From: Salpingoeca rosetta | Taxonomy: Eukaryota; Protista; Choanoflagellata | Reading direction: 5' to 3' | Assembly (NCBI GenBank): GCA_033442325.1 | Contig: JAWQFM010000022.1 | Location: forward strand, 588,746-652,745 | DNA length: 64,000 nucleotides | Shown: piece after piece, positions 28,363 to 49,400 of the stretch | How positions within the stretch are numbered: position 1 is the first letter of the stretch | Layout of the letters: each line of letters opens with the position of its first letter | Notes under the pieces: model-generated | The model's database searches: none | Seen by the model: only the letters and a program-made list of their open reading frames with translations | Told to the model about the DNA's origin: nothing | Program-made: the position numbers and the translations under genes

Positions 28363-29199
28363 ATGTGGGAGGTGATGCTGGCTGCAGCGTGCTGCTGTGG
28401 GTGGGCTTCGTCGCCCCGGCAACAGGCAAAGCTTGACCTCAAGAACAGCCTGCTGGTGGCCGTGCACGGCAGCAGCAGCGCACATGAAGGCGCGGGTGTT
28501 CCGCTGAAGCAGCACAGCAAGTCGTTTGTGATCGGCGTCAACGCCGCCTGTCGACCTGATGGTGCCCGCGCTGCCGCTGCTCGATGCACTGAACGCATCC
28601 GCCACAGCCATGCCCAGTGGCCCTGCCGACCTCACTGCGCTTGCGTCCGTCGATGACCTGACCAGGTGCTTTGCGCACCACTTTGCGCAGGGCGCTGCGG
28701 CCGAGCGCTTCTTTGCCGACGCTGAAGTCTTCAACGCCATTGTCAGCGCTGCGAGGTCCCTTCCGCAGACGGTGGCTTTCACCGGCGGCAACGCCGCCCT
28801 CATGGCGGACTTCCTGGCAGCAGCAGACACGCGGGAGCACCGGCACGAGGTGATTCTTGCGGCCAGGGTGGGCCCGCGGCTGAAGCAGCTGCTGCGCCCG
28901 GGAATCACCGTCCCAGACGAGTTTCTCGACGAGGCCGACGAGTACCACGTGATCATGGAGTACCATCGCGGGGACCAGTGGGGCGAGGCGACGGCCCCGC
29001 AGGCAAACCGGTTCATCTTCTCCCATGACCGCACCAACGCTGAGCTGCGTGCCGTGCCCACGCTTCACAAGCTAGTCAAGGAAGACAGCGGGACCTTGCA
29101 CGGTACTCAGCACACCTACGTTATCTCGGGCGTGCACATGCTTGAAGGGCAGACCCCAACCGCCCAGGGCATGGCCATCAGGGTGAGTGGAGCGCTGTC

Positions 29200-29230
<31 letters not shown>

Positions 29231-30732
29231 ATCCTGTCTGTGTGTCTGTGTGTGTTTGTGTGTGTGTGTGTGTATCCTGTCTGTGTGTCTGTGTGTTTGT
29301 GTGTGTGTGTATCCTGTCTGTGTGTCTGTGTGTGTGTGTGTGTCTGTGTGTGTGTCTGCGTGTGCGTCTGTCTGTGTCTGTATCTGTCTGTGTCTGTATT
29401 TGTCTGTGTATATCTGTTTGTTTGTCTCTCTGTGCGCGTGTGCGCGTGTGCGCATGTGCGCGTGTCTCTGCCTCTCTATGTACTGCTGACGTTACTACCC
29501 TCATGACAACACCCCTAACCCATGCCCTCGCCCCCCCCCCACACACACACACACTTCTCTTCTCCTCGCTGCAGCGGCTTGAGCGGATGCTGACATCTCT
29601 GCCGCCGCAGGCGCCCGTCCACCTTGAACTCGCCAGGTTGGTTGCACAACTCACCACCGCCGACACACGTAACACTTACTGGCCCACCATATGGCTTCTT
29701 CTTCCCCCCCCCCGGGCCGTGCATCACCTTCTTCCTGTTCACGCTTACATTGTCATTGCAACCACCACAATCACAAGTACCGCTCCCACTCTCACTCCCA
29801 CCACCACCCTCACTCCCACTCCCATCACCACGACTACCACTGCAGCATCAGCGATGCGACGCTGATGCGGCTTGCGGCAGCCCACCTCCTCCCGCGCGTC
29901 ACCTCTCTCGGGCTCAACGAGCAGGAGCTTGCCTTCCTCCTCACCCACTTTGCGCACAGCAGTAGTGGTGGCGATAGCGACAACAGTGGTGATGACAGCA
30001 AACCGACGACGTCAGCGCGGGTGCTGCTCACGCAGCCGCTGGAAACAATTCGGCAGCTCAAGCACATCTTCGCAAGGTCTGAGAGAGGGGAACAGTGGGT
30101 GTGTGTGTGTGTGTCTGTGTGTGTATGTGTCTGTGTGTGTGTGTATGTATGTGTCTGTGTGTCTGTGTGTGCTCTTTGTGCTCCACTCTGCGTGTCTTCA
30201 TCTGCGTACCCCTGTGCCAGCTCGTCCGGTTACCTGACCTGCCTTCGCACGTACATGTTATGTTGACTTGCGCTGCTTCATGGCGTGCACTTGCGCATCC
30301 AGACTTGGGCCGGACAGCCGGCTGAGCCGCATCCACTTCCACTGCCTCACCTACCACCTCATCGCCTCCCATCAAGGTACACCCTGCCTCTCCGTCGCAC
30401 TGCAATACACACACACACACACACACATACAGCTCCTTTGCGCTGCGGGCTGACCTTCTTTTGCCTCCACTACACACCACCATCCGCCACTCACAACCAC
30501 CACCACCACCACCAAAACAACAACCACCACCACCACCACCACCACCACCACCACCACCACCACCACCACCGCGCCTGGCAGGCCACTGGACGGGTGCTGG
30601 GACGGCGGCCGCTGCGGGGTCGCTCGCTGCCTCCCGCCGCGCATGCGAAGATCCACACATCAACGTCGCCTCATTCGACATCCTCCTCCCGCCAAACACA
30701 CCCAACACGTAGGCCCCTGCTGTGTGTGTGTG

Positions 30733-30766
<34 letters not shown>

Positions 30767-31302
30767 CCCCTCTGTCTGTCTACACCTCTGTCTATCTACC
30801 CCTCTGTCTATCTCCCCCTCTGTCCGTCTGTCTTCGCGGCTTTCTATCGTGTAGATGCATGCGATCCACGCTCTTCTCACACAGAACAACCCATCCTGTG
30901 CGTACCCCCATGTCCTGCTGCGTACCGCCACCAGCAACACGTGGCTGCACCGCAACGCCGTGTCCGTCAAGAAGGAGCGCATCTATGTACGCGGCGGGTC
31001 ACCTTGTTGAACACGCCACCCTTTTGCTCGCTTCCTCACCGCCTCACTCCTTGCGCTCTCCCTCGTACACCACATTGTGCTGCTCATGTGTTCGTTTCTC
31101 GATTGTGCTCACCCGCCTCTTTGCTCACCACGGCATGCTGCATCTCACATTCCCTGTTGTGACGACCGCTGCCCTTGTTTTGCCGTGTGTTCAGGAGTTT
31201 GCTGTTGCGCCAGTGCTGGTGTGCAAGCGGCCGACAAAGACGGTTGGCCTTGGCGACACAATCTCCGCTGCAGGGCTCGAATACTCTGCATACCGCCCGT
31301 AG
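28363..31302 (+). CDS. ADPGK: ADP-dependent glucokinase (apparent frameshift near 28549)
   Basis: Exons 28363-29182, 29575-29636, 29846-30076, 30303-30376, 30582-30708, an unresolved exon near 30850-30990, and 31195-31302. Motifs GAAAERFF, GGNAALM, APQANRFIFSHD, VHLELAS, SLGLNEQEL, RIHFHCL and PVLVCKRPTKTVGLGDTISA. Confidence 0.88.
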
Positions 31303-31329
31303 CCTCACACGACAACGGGGGGGGGGGGG

Positions 31330-31430
<101 letters not shown>

Positions 31431-31537
31431 TGTCACTAGCCATGTAATGTCACATCTTGGCACGTGTGCGTGCGTGTGTAGAAGGTCACGCAATCAGTTC
31501 AAGTCACCCATATGTGTGTGCGTGTGCACAGACTCAC

Positions 31538-31890
31538 GTCATCCATGTCGCCCTGCTTCTTCTTGGGCGCCTTCAAAGGCTTCTTCTTGCTGTTCAAAGT
31601 CAAGAAGACGCAGCAGTGCACATACATTGGGGGGGGGGGGGGGGTGGGCTGCATGTGGTGCTAACTGAAACACACAACACACAACGACCCACGACACACA
31701 CACACACACACAACAGCATACATCCCCCAACGGCACACGACACACACACACACACACAACGGCATACAACACACACAGCAACACACTGCAGCATACAACA
31801 CACACCAACACAGCAACAACACACTGCAGCACCCACCATCCACGCCATCACCAGAATCACTCACCCTCCCTGTCTGTTTCCTGCTGGCAT
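31538..31890 (-). CDS. TMA7: Translation machinery-associated protein 7 (only exons 1-2 found)
   Basis: Exons 31890-31865 and 31589-31538 give MPAGNRQGGKKKPLKAPKKKQGDMDD, followed by a GTGAGT donor. I did not find the C-terminal exons. This gene is absent from the ORF track. Confidence 0.8.
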
Positions 31891-32340
31891 CTTGGCTGGC
31901 GTGTGTTGCTTTTTTGCTCTTGTGTGCTGGCTGAGAAAATGAGAAAATGCTGAGTCAGCGATTTCCACTGTTGCGCAAGCGAAGAAAAAGGGAAAGCACA
32001 GAAACACACACCTCCCCAAAACACCCAATACGCACACCAACACTGACAGCAGAAGCAGCGCGTGCAAACAACACACACACAGGTAGCATCAACGCGTGCG
32101 CCCTCCAAACAGGTAAGGTGGAGGAGAGACAGCAGCGGAGAGAACAAGGGGGGCTTTGTTCCACCATATTGCTGTTCGCCTCGCAGTCACTCGCTCACTC
32201 GCTCGCACTCACTCGCTCGCAGTCACACGCACTCACTTCCCTTCTCTCGCACGCACGCACGCACTCCCTGCCCCCTCTCACGCGTGCGCTCGCAACGTTG
32301 TGAAGCTTGCCCCGCCGCATCCCTGCATCCAACCGCAGCC

Positions 32341-34443
32341 ATGAGCCTTGACAAAGAGTCCATGCCGCCGTTCTCGCTGGCGGCGCCGTCGCGCTTCGAC
32401 CTCAGCACTTACCTTGGCCGGGTCAAGCACTTTTACAACACCACCGACCCTTCCACCCTCCTCTACTCAAAGTCCAAGGTGTGTCTGTGTCTGTCTGTGA
32501 GTATGGGTGGGTGGATGTGGGTGGGTGTGTGGGTGGGTGTGTGTGGGTGTGTTGTGTGTCTCATTGGGTGTCTCTACTGCAAAGGTCTGCCTGTTTGTAT
32601 GCGCGCGGCCCTGGGGACAGTGTCCGCACGACCACAAAACAACCACGCCAACTCACACATGTGCGCGCACAACCGACTGACAGATTATGGAGGCCAAGGC
32701 GCTGATGGAGTCATTCAAGCACGGGACTGTCGATCCCAGCGTGACCAACACGCAGCTGTGGAAGGCCCGCAAGCTGTGCGACTCTGCGCTGCACCCAGAC
32801 ACGGGCGAGCTCATCTTCCCGCTCTTCCGCTTCTCCGCGTTTGCGCCCGCCAACATCCCCATCGCAGCCATGCTCCTCTACCCGACAGCCAACCCGTACT
32901 TCATCATCACCGCCCAGTTTATCAACCAGACCTACAACGTCTGCGTCAACTATGCCAACCGCAACGCCTCCAGCAACATGTCCACATCCACCCTCCTCAC
33001 CGGTGCGGACGTGTCTTCGTGAGAGGGCAGAGTGAAAGAAAGGCGCGTGGGATGGTGTGCGTGTGAGTGTGTATGTGTATGTGCGTGTGTATGTCTCTGT
33101 CTGCCTGTCTGTGTGTGTGTGTGTGTGTGTGTCTGTCTGTCTGTCTGCCTGTGTCTGTCTGTCGGTGTGTGTCTGTTTCCTTGTCTTTGCTTGTGTTTCT
33201 GTGTCTACGTCTGTGACATCTCGTGCAACCTGCTTGTGACCTGCGCGTGTGAATGACACGTTTCTCCACCTCTGCCATTGCCGTTGCTGCCGCTGTTTGC
33301 TTGTCCAGCGTATGGTGCCGCCGTCACGTCGTCCTGCGGTCTCGCCCTCGGGTTCGGAAAGTACGTTCCACGCTGCCTGCACGCTCACACAGCACCTGTC
33401 CATGACCATGTGTTGGCGCCCTTGATTGTATACACTTGTCACAGAACTGCTCCTCCTCAGTGACTACATTTTCCCCCTTAACACACACGGACTCACTCGC
33501 ACGCACAACACTCACACGCTCACGATCACTACCACTCACACACCCACGCCCTACCGTGCGCGCGTGCCCTGCAGGATCAGCCGCATGCTTGCCGCGCGGG
33601 CTGGCGGGTCGCCCTCACCGCTCATGGTCGCCGCACAGCGCGCCGTCGTCCCGTACCTCGCAGTCGTCGGTCAGCTCGTGGTGGGCGTGGGGGCGTGGGG
33701 GGCGTGGGGGCGTGGGGGGCGTGGGGGGTAGTGTCTTGCTTGTGTGTGCTTGTGTGGGTGTGGGTGTGGGTGTGGGTGTGTGGGTGTAGTGTAGTGTAGT
33801 GTAGTGTAGTGTAGTGTGTCGTGTGTCGTGTGTCGTGTAATGTAGTGTAGTGCTGTGTGGTGTGTGTGTGTGCATACATGCGTGTGTTCTTGCATGTGAG
33901 TTGCGCGGTGCCAAACTCCTCGCCATCTCACCGCCTCCCGGCTCGTTGTCTTGGACAGGTGCTGGTATTGTGAACTTGCTCTGCATTCGCCAGACGGAAT
34001 TCAGCGAAGGCGTCACCGTCTACTCCGAGTACGCACGCACGCACGCACACACTCGCATGTGTTCGTATTGCGTTCAGCAGGCTGTGGTGCACTGATGGTG
34101 GTACAGCGGTGGCGGTGATGCAAAGATGGTGCTGGTGGCATGCGCTGTGCTGCTGCTTTGCGGTCACAATAATTGAACACAGCTCACATACCGACCATCA
34201 ACTGCAACCATACACATGTATGCACCCCCCCCCCCCACCAAATGTATATTGCCATACTCCCTGTCTCTGTGCGTCTGTGTGTCTGTGTGCCTGCCTCGCC
34301 CCCGGCCACCCCTCGCCACCTCGTCCCTCCGTGCATCAGGGGTGGTGAGGATCTCGGCAAGTCGGTCGTTGCCGGTCGCGATGCCCTCAAGAAATGCTCC
34401 ATCGTCCGCGCCCTGTACGTGCCTGTGTTTGTCTACGTGTGTC

Positions 34444-34504
<61 letters not shown>

Positions 34505-34994
34505 CTGTCTGTCTGTCTGTCTGTGTACGTGTGTCTGAACTCCTCTGCCTGTTGTGCTAGCTGCCCCTTTTTTCCCCGCAAGCGCTCACTGCTCCACCCC
34601 ACTCCTCCCCGCCTCCCGTCTTCATTTGCGTTCGCACATGTCAGGTGGTGCATCCCCATTTGCTGCCCGCCGCTGATCATGTCTCTCGTCGACAAGGTGT
34701 GAGACGCTGTTCATCTGTGTTGTGTGTGTGTGTGTGTCTGTGTGTTCATCTGTGTGTTCATCTGTGTGTTGTGTGTCTTTGAGTGTGTGTGTGTGTGTTG
34801 TTCTGCATGTGGCGTCTGTTTATCTGCTTGTCTGTCTGTCTGTGTGCGTCTGTCGTGCGCAGGTGCATTCATTTTCATTTTTCACGCGGCGAATTCATGC
34901 CCTCCTCCCCTTTGCCGCTGCAGGTGAAGGTCATCCGTCAGAATCCGCGTCTTCGTTTCATCGCTGAGCTCGTCGTCATCGGCGCTTCGGTGAG

Positions 34995-35049
<55 letters not shown>

Positions 35050-35292
35050 TCACGCACACACACACACATTCACGCACACACACACACATTCACGCACGTA
35101 CACATTCACACACGTACACATCCACACATGCACACATCCACCCATTACCAGGTTGGGTTTGGCGTGCCGCCGGCGCTGGCTGCATACCCGCAGCGGGACA
35201 GCCTGCCCGTGACGGCAATTGAGTCACGATTCCACAACCTGATTGACGAGAGCGGGAAGCCAATCGACCGTGTCTACTTCAACAAGGGCCTC

Positions 35293-35295
<3 letters not shown>
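32341..35295 (+). CDS. SFXN: Sideroflexin (mitochondrial serine/tricarboxylate carrier family)
   Basis: Exons 32341-32478, 32684-33002, 33309-33360, 33575-33669, 33959-34028, 34340-34414, 34645-34696, 34924-34989 and 35152-35295. Motifs [48 protein letters not shown] and C-terminal YFNKGL. Confidence 0.95.

Positions 35296-35364
<69 letters not shown>
35293..35364 (+). repeat. (TGA)24 microsatellite starting at the sideroflexin stop codon
   Basis: Read directly. Confidence 0.9.
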
Positions 35365-35620
35365 CGATGACATGAATCGGGTGACAGCCCCGAAGTGAGT
35401 GGCCAGGCTCATTTGGCTCGTTGGGGGTGAGTGTTGTTGGGCTGTGTATGTGCATGTGTGACAACAGTATCAGGTGTGCCTATTTCTATCCTACTTGTTT
35501 GCTCCCCGCCCCCCTCGAAGTCTCGACCTCTCCCTTGCTGATACTGTGATGTGACATGATGTGAAGGATATCAGCAGTTGTTTCCAACAAGTATGTTTGA
35601 ATTGACAAGCTTGTGCGCGC

Positions 35621-35733
<113 letters not shown>

Positions 35734-36033
35734 CTTGATCGCTTCCCTGCTACTGTGTGGGCTTTTCCCATTTTCAAAGGCACCCAGAGTCGTGCGTGTG
35801 TTGTTGCATCATATGTAAATGCCTTGATACTCGTTCACATACATACACGCATACACACGCGTGCAAATGCTGTCATGACATGACAATGGTTGAATCGGTT
35901 AGAACTGAAAAGCTGTGCAAATAACACACTGGTGGTGAGAGATTTAGAGGTTTAGGAAGAGGACAAGCCGAAAATAACCAACTGTATGCCGCCCTCCACA
36001 CACGTATTACACATCACATCATGCAGCGGTGCG

Positions 36034-37853
36034 CTAGCTGTCTGAGTCACTGCTGTCGTCGGATGACGAGTCCGCCAATACGGAGGAGGAGAAGGGCGGT
36101 CCACCCTGCCCGCGCACAGACCGCGCCGCTGCTGGTGTTGGTGTTGGTGTATGGGGGGTGGCGGTGGCCTGCCGGGTTGCAACCTGAACAGTGGATCGTC
36201 AGCACACAGTCATGCGTGAGACATGAGGGATGCAGGGCACAAGCCCAAGCTTAGACCCGAACGTGCGCATAGACACGCACACACATACGCATCTACACAC
36301 ATAAGCATACACGCATACACACGCACGCACGCACACACACACACGAACACGAACACGCACACACACACACGAACACGAACACGCACGCACACACCAACAC
36401 ACACGCACACACCAACAGGCACGCACGCATGCACACACACGCACACACCAACACACACGCACACACCAACACGCACACACCAACACATGCGCACGCACCT
36501 TGCGCTTTGCTGCCTTTGGCGGGTGCGCGCCGAACTTTGGCGACGGCGGTGACGCTGGGCGCTTCCCTTCGATATGGGGCGGCGTGTGCTCTTCCGAGTT
36601 GCTCACTTCTGCTGCCGACGATCGCGGTTTGCGCTCGGATATGGGATCGGGACGCAACACCGCCTCCCCGCCCGCGCTGCGCTTGTACTTGACGCTCACA
36701 TCCTTGATGAAGCGGTCCAGCACAAAGCACTGGCGCCCTGCATCAAACCGGCACAGGTACGTCTGCAGCGGTGGTGGTGGTGATGATGGTGGTGGTGGTG
36801 GTGGTGGTGGTGGTTGAGAGGGTGAGGAAAGGACGTCAAAGTACGGATAGAGGTGAGACCATGTAAACACGCGGGGTAAATCAAAACATGGACAACAGTG
36901 AACTGGCTAGCAAGCAACAAGCCCAGATGATCCCGCACACACACATCAGCACACACACACACACATCAGCACACGCACACACACACACACACATCAGCGC
37001 ACATCAGCACACAAGGACCCATCTGCATGCTGACATACCGTGCTGTTCTTCATGTTGCCAAACATGTTGACTGTGGTGTCATTGTCACCGCCAAACTGCA
37101 TGTGCACGTTGCCTCCCTCGTCACCATCTCCGATCTTGATTACACCCGATGAACTCGCCGACGCCGGCTTGAAATCATCTGCACAACGCACATGCGAGTG
37201 CGCATGTGAGTGTGCAGGCGGGTAGAAGCATCATGCTGATCATCCCGTGCCAAATCCCGCCACTCCAACAGACATACACACACACACAATGATGAACGCA
37301 CACGCACGCACACACTCTCTCTCATGCACATCACATTACACCACCTCCACACAGCGCTTAGCTCCTTGCCCCATCTCTCCGCTCCTTCGTCTCCACCACC
37401 CGCCTCTCCAAGCACCTTACATCTCAAGAGGATTGGTTCATCGGCGTCTGTTGGCTTGAGAAATGTGTCCCCGAGAACGACCTCATATTCCACATCCGGC
37501 TTTGGTCCATCACCAGTGCTATTGCTGCTGCTGCTGCTGCTGTTGCTGTTGCTGCTGTTGCTGTTGTTGGCGGTGGCGCCCTTGCTGCGCTCGTCATGCT
37601 CTCCAATACAACCCCAAGGGCCTCCCTTGTTGTTTTTCCTCCCAACCAACCAACTCCAACCAACTCCAACCACCACAGTGTGCACGCTGCTGCCTCCCAC
37701 GAACACACACACACACACACTCCGCGTCAGCTCTTGCTTCGTCTTGTTGTCTTTTGCTTGGTCGCGGCGACTTTCCTCTTTGGGCTGTGATTGCGGAATA
37801 ATGAGTGATATCTTCAACCAATTATCGCGTGTATATGACTTGCCGCCACACAT
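36034..37853 (-). CDS. EAF: ELL-associated factor (EAF1/2-like); first exon and start uncertain
   Basis: Exons (37853-37721, tentative), 37600-37421, 37178-37039, 36762-36499 and 36183-36034. Motifs EYEVVLGDTF, LRYDFKPAS and CFVLDRFIKDVSVKYKR, with an acidic Ser-rich end LADSSSDDSSDSDS. Confidence 0.8.
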
Positions 37854-38197
37854 ATCCCCGCGCCACTGCACACAGCATCACTCTCCTCTCCTCTCCTTCC
37901 GTCTGCACCTCGCTTGTTGAGGTTGAGGTGTGTTTGTTGTTGTGGTTGTTCTCGTTGTCGTTGGTGCTGATGTTTGAATGGTTGAGATGTGTGAGGAGGC
38001 TGCTGGGTTCAGGTCATGCTGCCACTGTTCAGTGCTTGCTGGCTGGGGGATTTCTGTCGTGTGCGCTGCGTGTGCGCTGTCGCTGCGTGTGTGGCGCTCT
38101 TCTTGACACGAGGCACTGACAGGTTGTACCTTTTCCCCTCTCTCAAACACACAGCCAGTGCTTGCTTGAGCCTTGAAGGATCCATCGCATCGCGCTG

Positions 38198-45408
<7,211 letters not shown>

Positions 45409-46046
45409 TGGATTGTACTTTACTTGCTGTATTGTGCTTGTGTCTGTGTGTCTGTGTCTGTGTGTGTCTGTGTGTGTGTGTCTGTGTGTGTGTGTGTGTG
45501 TGCGCGTCTGTGTGTGTGTGTGTGTGTGTGTATGTGTGTGACGTCATACTTCGGAGGGGCGCATGTGTATTAACTAAGTTGTGATGGTGGGTAGCACGTG
45601 TTGGGGTTCCCTTTCAAATTGAACCAAAGACCATGGAACAAATGTGTCGAAGACAACATGGTGCGTGCACTATGATTTTGTGCACTTGGAGCGAATTCGT
45701 AACGAAAGAAGACGGAGGAGCCTCTAGGCTTACAACGAAGAAACAAAGAGTGCAAAGAACAACGCACGCGACACACGCACAAGGGCGATGATGATGTGGA
45801 GGTAAGAAGCTCTTGCAAGCGAGAACAGCAAGCAAAACAAAAAAAAAAAAAGGAGGAGGAGCAAACAAACGCGTGCAAGAACTCAATCGAGGCAAACAGA
45901 ACACGGAAGCACAAGAACACACAGTTCACACTGCTACATAATGGATAAACCACTACTTGAACACAAAGCACTCTCATACACAGATACACCCACGAACCAC
46001 ACACGCGCGCGCGCGAACTACATTCATAACCACGAGCTTCATGCTA

Positions 46047-46341
46047 TCATGCAGTGCTGGCTTTGAGGGACACTTCAATCTGCGCAAAGACAGGGCGGGT
46101 TTGCGGCTCCTGCGCCATGCAGGCCGCAGCCAAATTCCTGTACCAGGCGGGGCAGCCTGTAATGTGACGGAGAGACACGCGCAGCAGCATCGTTGTCGTG
46201 ACAAGCAAGCAAGTGAGTGATGTGCTTGAGTGAGTGATTGTGTATGTGAGGGCGTGTGTGGTCAGGAGCAGATGCGATGTAGCTCTCTTCCAAGCATGCC
46301 AACCCACACACGCACGCACACACACACACGCACACACACAC

Positions 46342-46432
<91 letters not shown>

Positions 46433-49400
46433 CGCGCCGGTTCACTCACTCACACTCACCGAGCTCATCAGGGAAGGCGAGGCGCTTGCCACTGTTCAGG
46501 AGCTCAAACAGTTTGGCCAGGAGGGGACCGCGATACGTGCCACACTCCTGCTCAATCAGGTCTGGTCGCCGCTGCGTCGCAATCTCCCACATCAGCACGC
46601 CAAAGCTGAACACGTCCGCCTTGGTGTCGTACTTGGTGCCAAGCAGCACCTCGGGTGCCATGTACAGCGGCGTGCCCACACCGGCCGTCATCGTCATGCT
46701 GAGCTGGCTCGACAACAGCAATTGCTGATGCATGAGCGATGTCGCCATTGCTGTCTCCTCGTCGTCCCTGCCGTTGAGCGACAAGCGAATGGTGCCAAAG
46801 TCTGTGATCTTTGCCCGCAGGCTGCTAGACACCAGCACATTCCCACTCTTCAAGTCCCTGTCAACGGCAACGGCAAGTTTCATAGAAGAGGGGGGGGGTA
46901 GGTGTTGAGGGAGGATGAGTCATCGTGGAGTATCGTGGCAGTGGACCAAAACGATCCGTACACCAGAAGATGTCCACGTGCGCTCAGGGAGGAGGGGAGG
47001 GGGGGACAAAGGTACATGCACAAGCAAAACGATCACGACGCAAGTGTCTCGCGCTCGCACACACACAGACACAAGCATTCAGAAAAGCACACACAAGCAC
47101 AAGCACAAGCACACGCACAAGCACACTCACACGCACAGACGCACAAGCACACTCACACGCACAAGCATAAGAGCATACACACACACACAAGCACACGCAC
47201 ACGCACAAGCACACAACACACAACACAACACACCAGCACAAACACACACCTGTGGAGGTGGCCGAGGCTGTGGATAAAAGCCATGCCGCATGCAACGTCC
47301 TGCATAAACGCCACTTTCAAGTCCCAGGCATCCATCCCTTCCCGTGCGCTGGTAAGCGACACGTGGACATCATTGTCCTTGTCCTCGGCAGCCGAGGTGA
47401 GCTCCACGTCCAACCACGCGCTGCCCGCGCGATTGCGCTCGCTCGCTACGGATTGGCGCGCCTCCCCGCTCCTGCGAAGGGCGCCGTTCACGGCATCCAC
47501 GAAGCTGTCGTGGCCCTCACTGCAAATCAGGTCGTGCAAGGACCCGAGGGCCACGTACTCCAAAACGAGGAACGGGCTTCCGTCCAGGGACCGGCGCCCA
47601 GCTCCGAAAAACCGGACCAGATTCGGGTGGCGCGTGCGCTGCAGAAAATCGACCTCCTTCTGGAACTCCTGCAGGCTCTCTGCGAGCTGGATCTGGTCAC
47701 TCTTGAGCACCTTCACGGCAACAACCAGTGTGTCCCAGCGCGCCTTCCACACGTCACCGGCAGCGGTGTCGGCGCTGATGCAGGTGAGAAAGTCGAGCTC
47801 GTCCTCGGGGATGTCCCACGCGCGCTTCAGCTCAAACACCTCTTCCTCTCGCTCCTCCAACAGGCGCTGGTTCAAGTCGCGGTCCTTCTTCAGCCGACGG
47901 ATGCGCTTCACGTGGCACTCGTAGTACCCAATGACCGCCACGTTCGTCAGCACGACAGCAAGCACGATGCCGGCAATGGCGCCCGGTGAGAGAGACTTGC
48001 CCCGCCTGACGCAGTGGCCTTCCGAGGCCTTGCGGTGGTCGCGTGCACACGCGCAGTCGTACGTGAAGAAGAGAGCGGTGTCCTGGCCCACCCACGTCGT
48101 GGCGCTGAGCTGCTTCCCCAACACTGTCTTCAGGGAACATGTGACCGGCATGTTGTCGGTGAGGAGCGTGGTGACCACCTGGGTCTGCTTGCCCTCGGCA
48201 GGGTTCCTGCCAAACGTCGCCTCGCCACTGTCCACGCCGATGCGGAACGTGCTCACGGCATTGCTCAGCGTCTTCGGGTCGATAATCTGGTTGTTGGAGA
48301 TGTCAATGAGGTTCGCTCTGCCCATGCACTTGCTGACAATGTCGTAAAACGACTCGATGCCGCTTCTGATGCGCACGTTGTTCATGAACAGGCGGCTTGT
48401 GCCAATTGTCGTGCACAGCTCACGCGACCACTCGCCAACGGTGGAGTTGGTGACATCGAGCGTGTGCACCAGGGGCGCCTTGAGCATGTCTAGCTGTGGA
48501 CACCTGGACACGTCCAGAATGTCGGCGTCAAACTCCAGTGTGACGGCTCTCAGGGTCGGGCTGCGTGCCAGCAGCACGTTGTCAAAGTCCACGCTAAACG
48601 CAGGTGGGCACAACTCTACCGTGGAGAGGGATGTGTTGAGGAGGGCGAGGTTCTCCACCTCCGAGCTCAGCACACTGCACATGTGGGTGATGTTGAATGT
48701 GTGGTCGGTGAAATCGGGCCCTGTGAGGCGCAGCGACACCAGCCCCTGCGAGGAAGGCACAAGCTTGCGCAAAATGTTGGGTGGTGCGACCATGTTGTCC
48801 AGGGACAGCACTTCCAGGCTCGGCAGGTGCACTGGCGCCTCGGGCACCCTGACTGTGGAGTGCATGAAGCTGTCAGTGGACAAATCGAGAAGCTGAAGCC
48901 GCGCGTTGTTGCGGAAGGCCTCGAGTTCAACAACAGGGAGGGCGTGGTTGGTGAGGAACAAGGCTGTGAGGTTTGGCATGCTGCTCACTTCGGGCATGCG
49001 TGTCAGGGAGACGTTGTACAGGCCGAGGTTCTCCAGATGCGGAAGGCGGAAAGGAAACGTCTTGAGCTGGCTGGAGTCCAGCGCAAGCTCAACCAGCGGC
49101 AGCTGCACGTTTTCCCCTGAGAGATCGGGGATTGAGGCTTCATGGATGCGCTCGTTGTTGTTGACCCAGAGCAGGCGCAGGCGCGGTGTGTGGGTAAGCG
49201 TACCGCTGGCAATGTGCGTGATGTCGTTGTGGTCAAGGAACAGCTGCTCCAGAGCAGAGAGGCCGGCAAGTGCGTCGCTGCCGACGTTGACGAGCCTGTT
49301 ATGGTTGAGCCTTACGGTGTTGAGCGTCGTCAGCGCGTCCATGGCGTTGGGTGGGAGGGTGGTGATCTGGTTAAACCCCAGGTTCAACGTGTGGAGCGAG

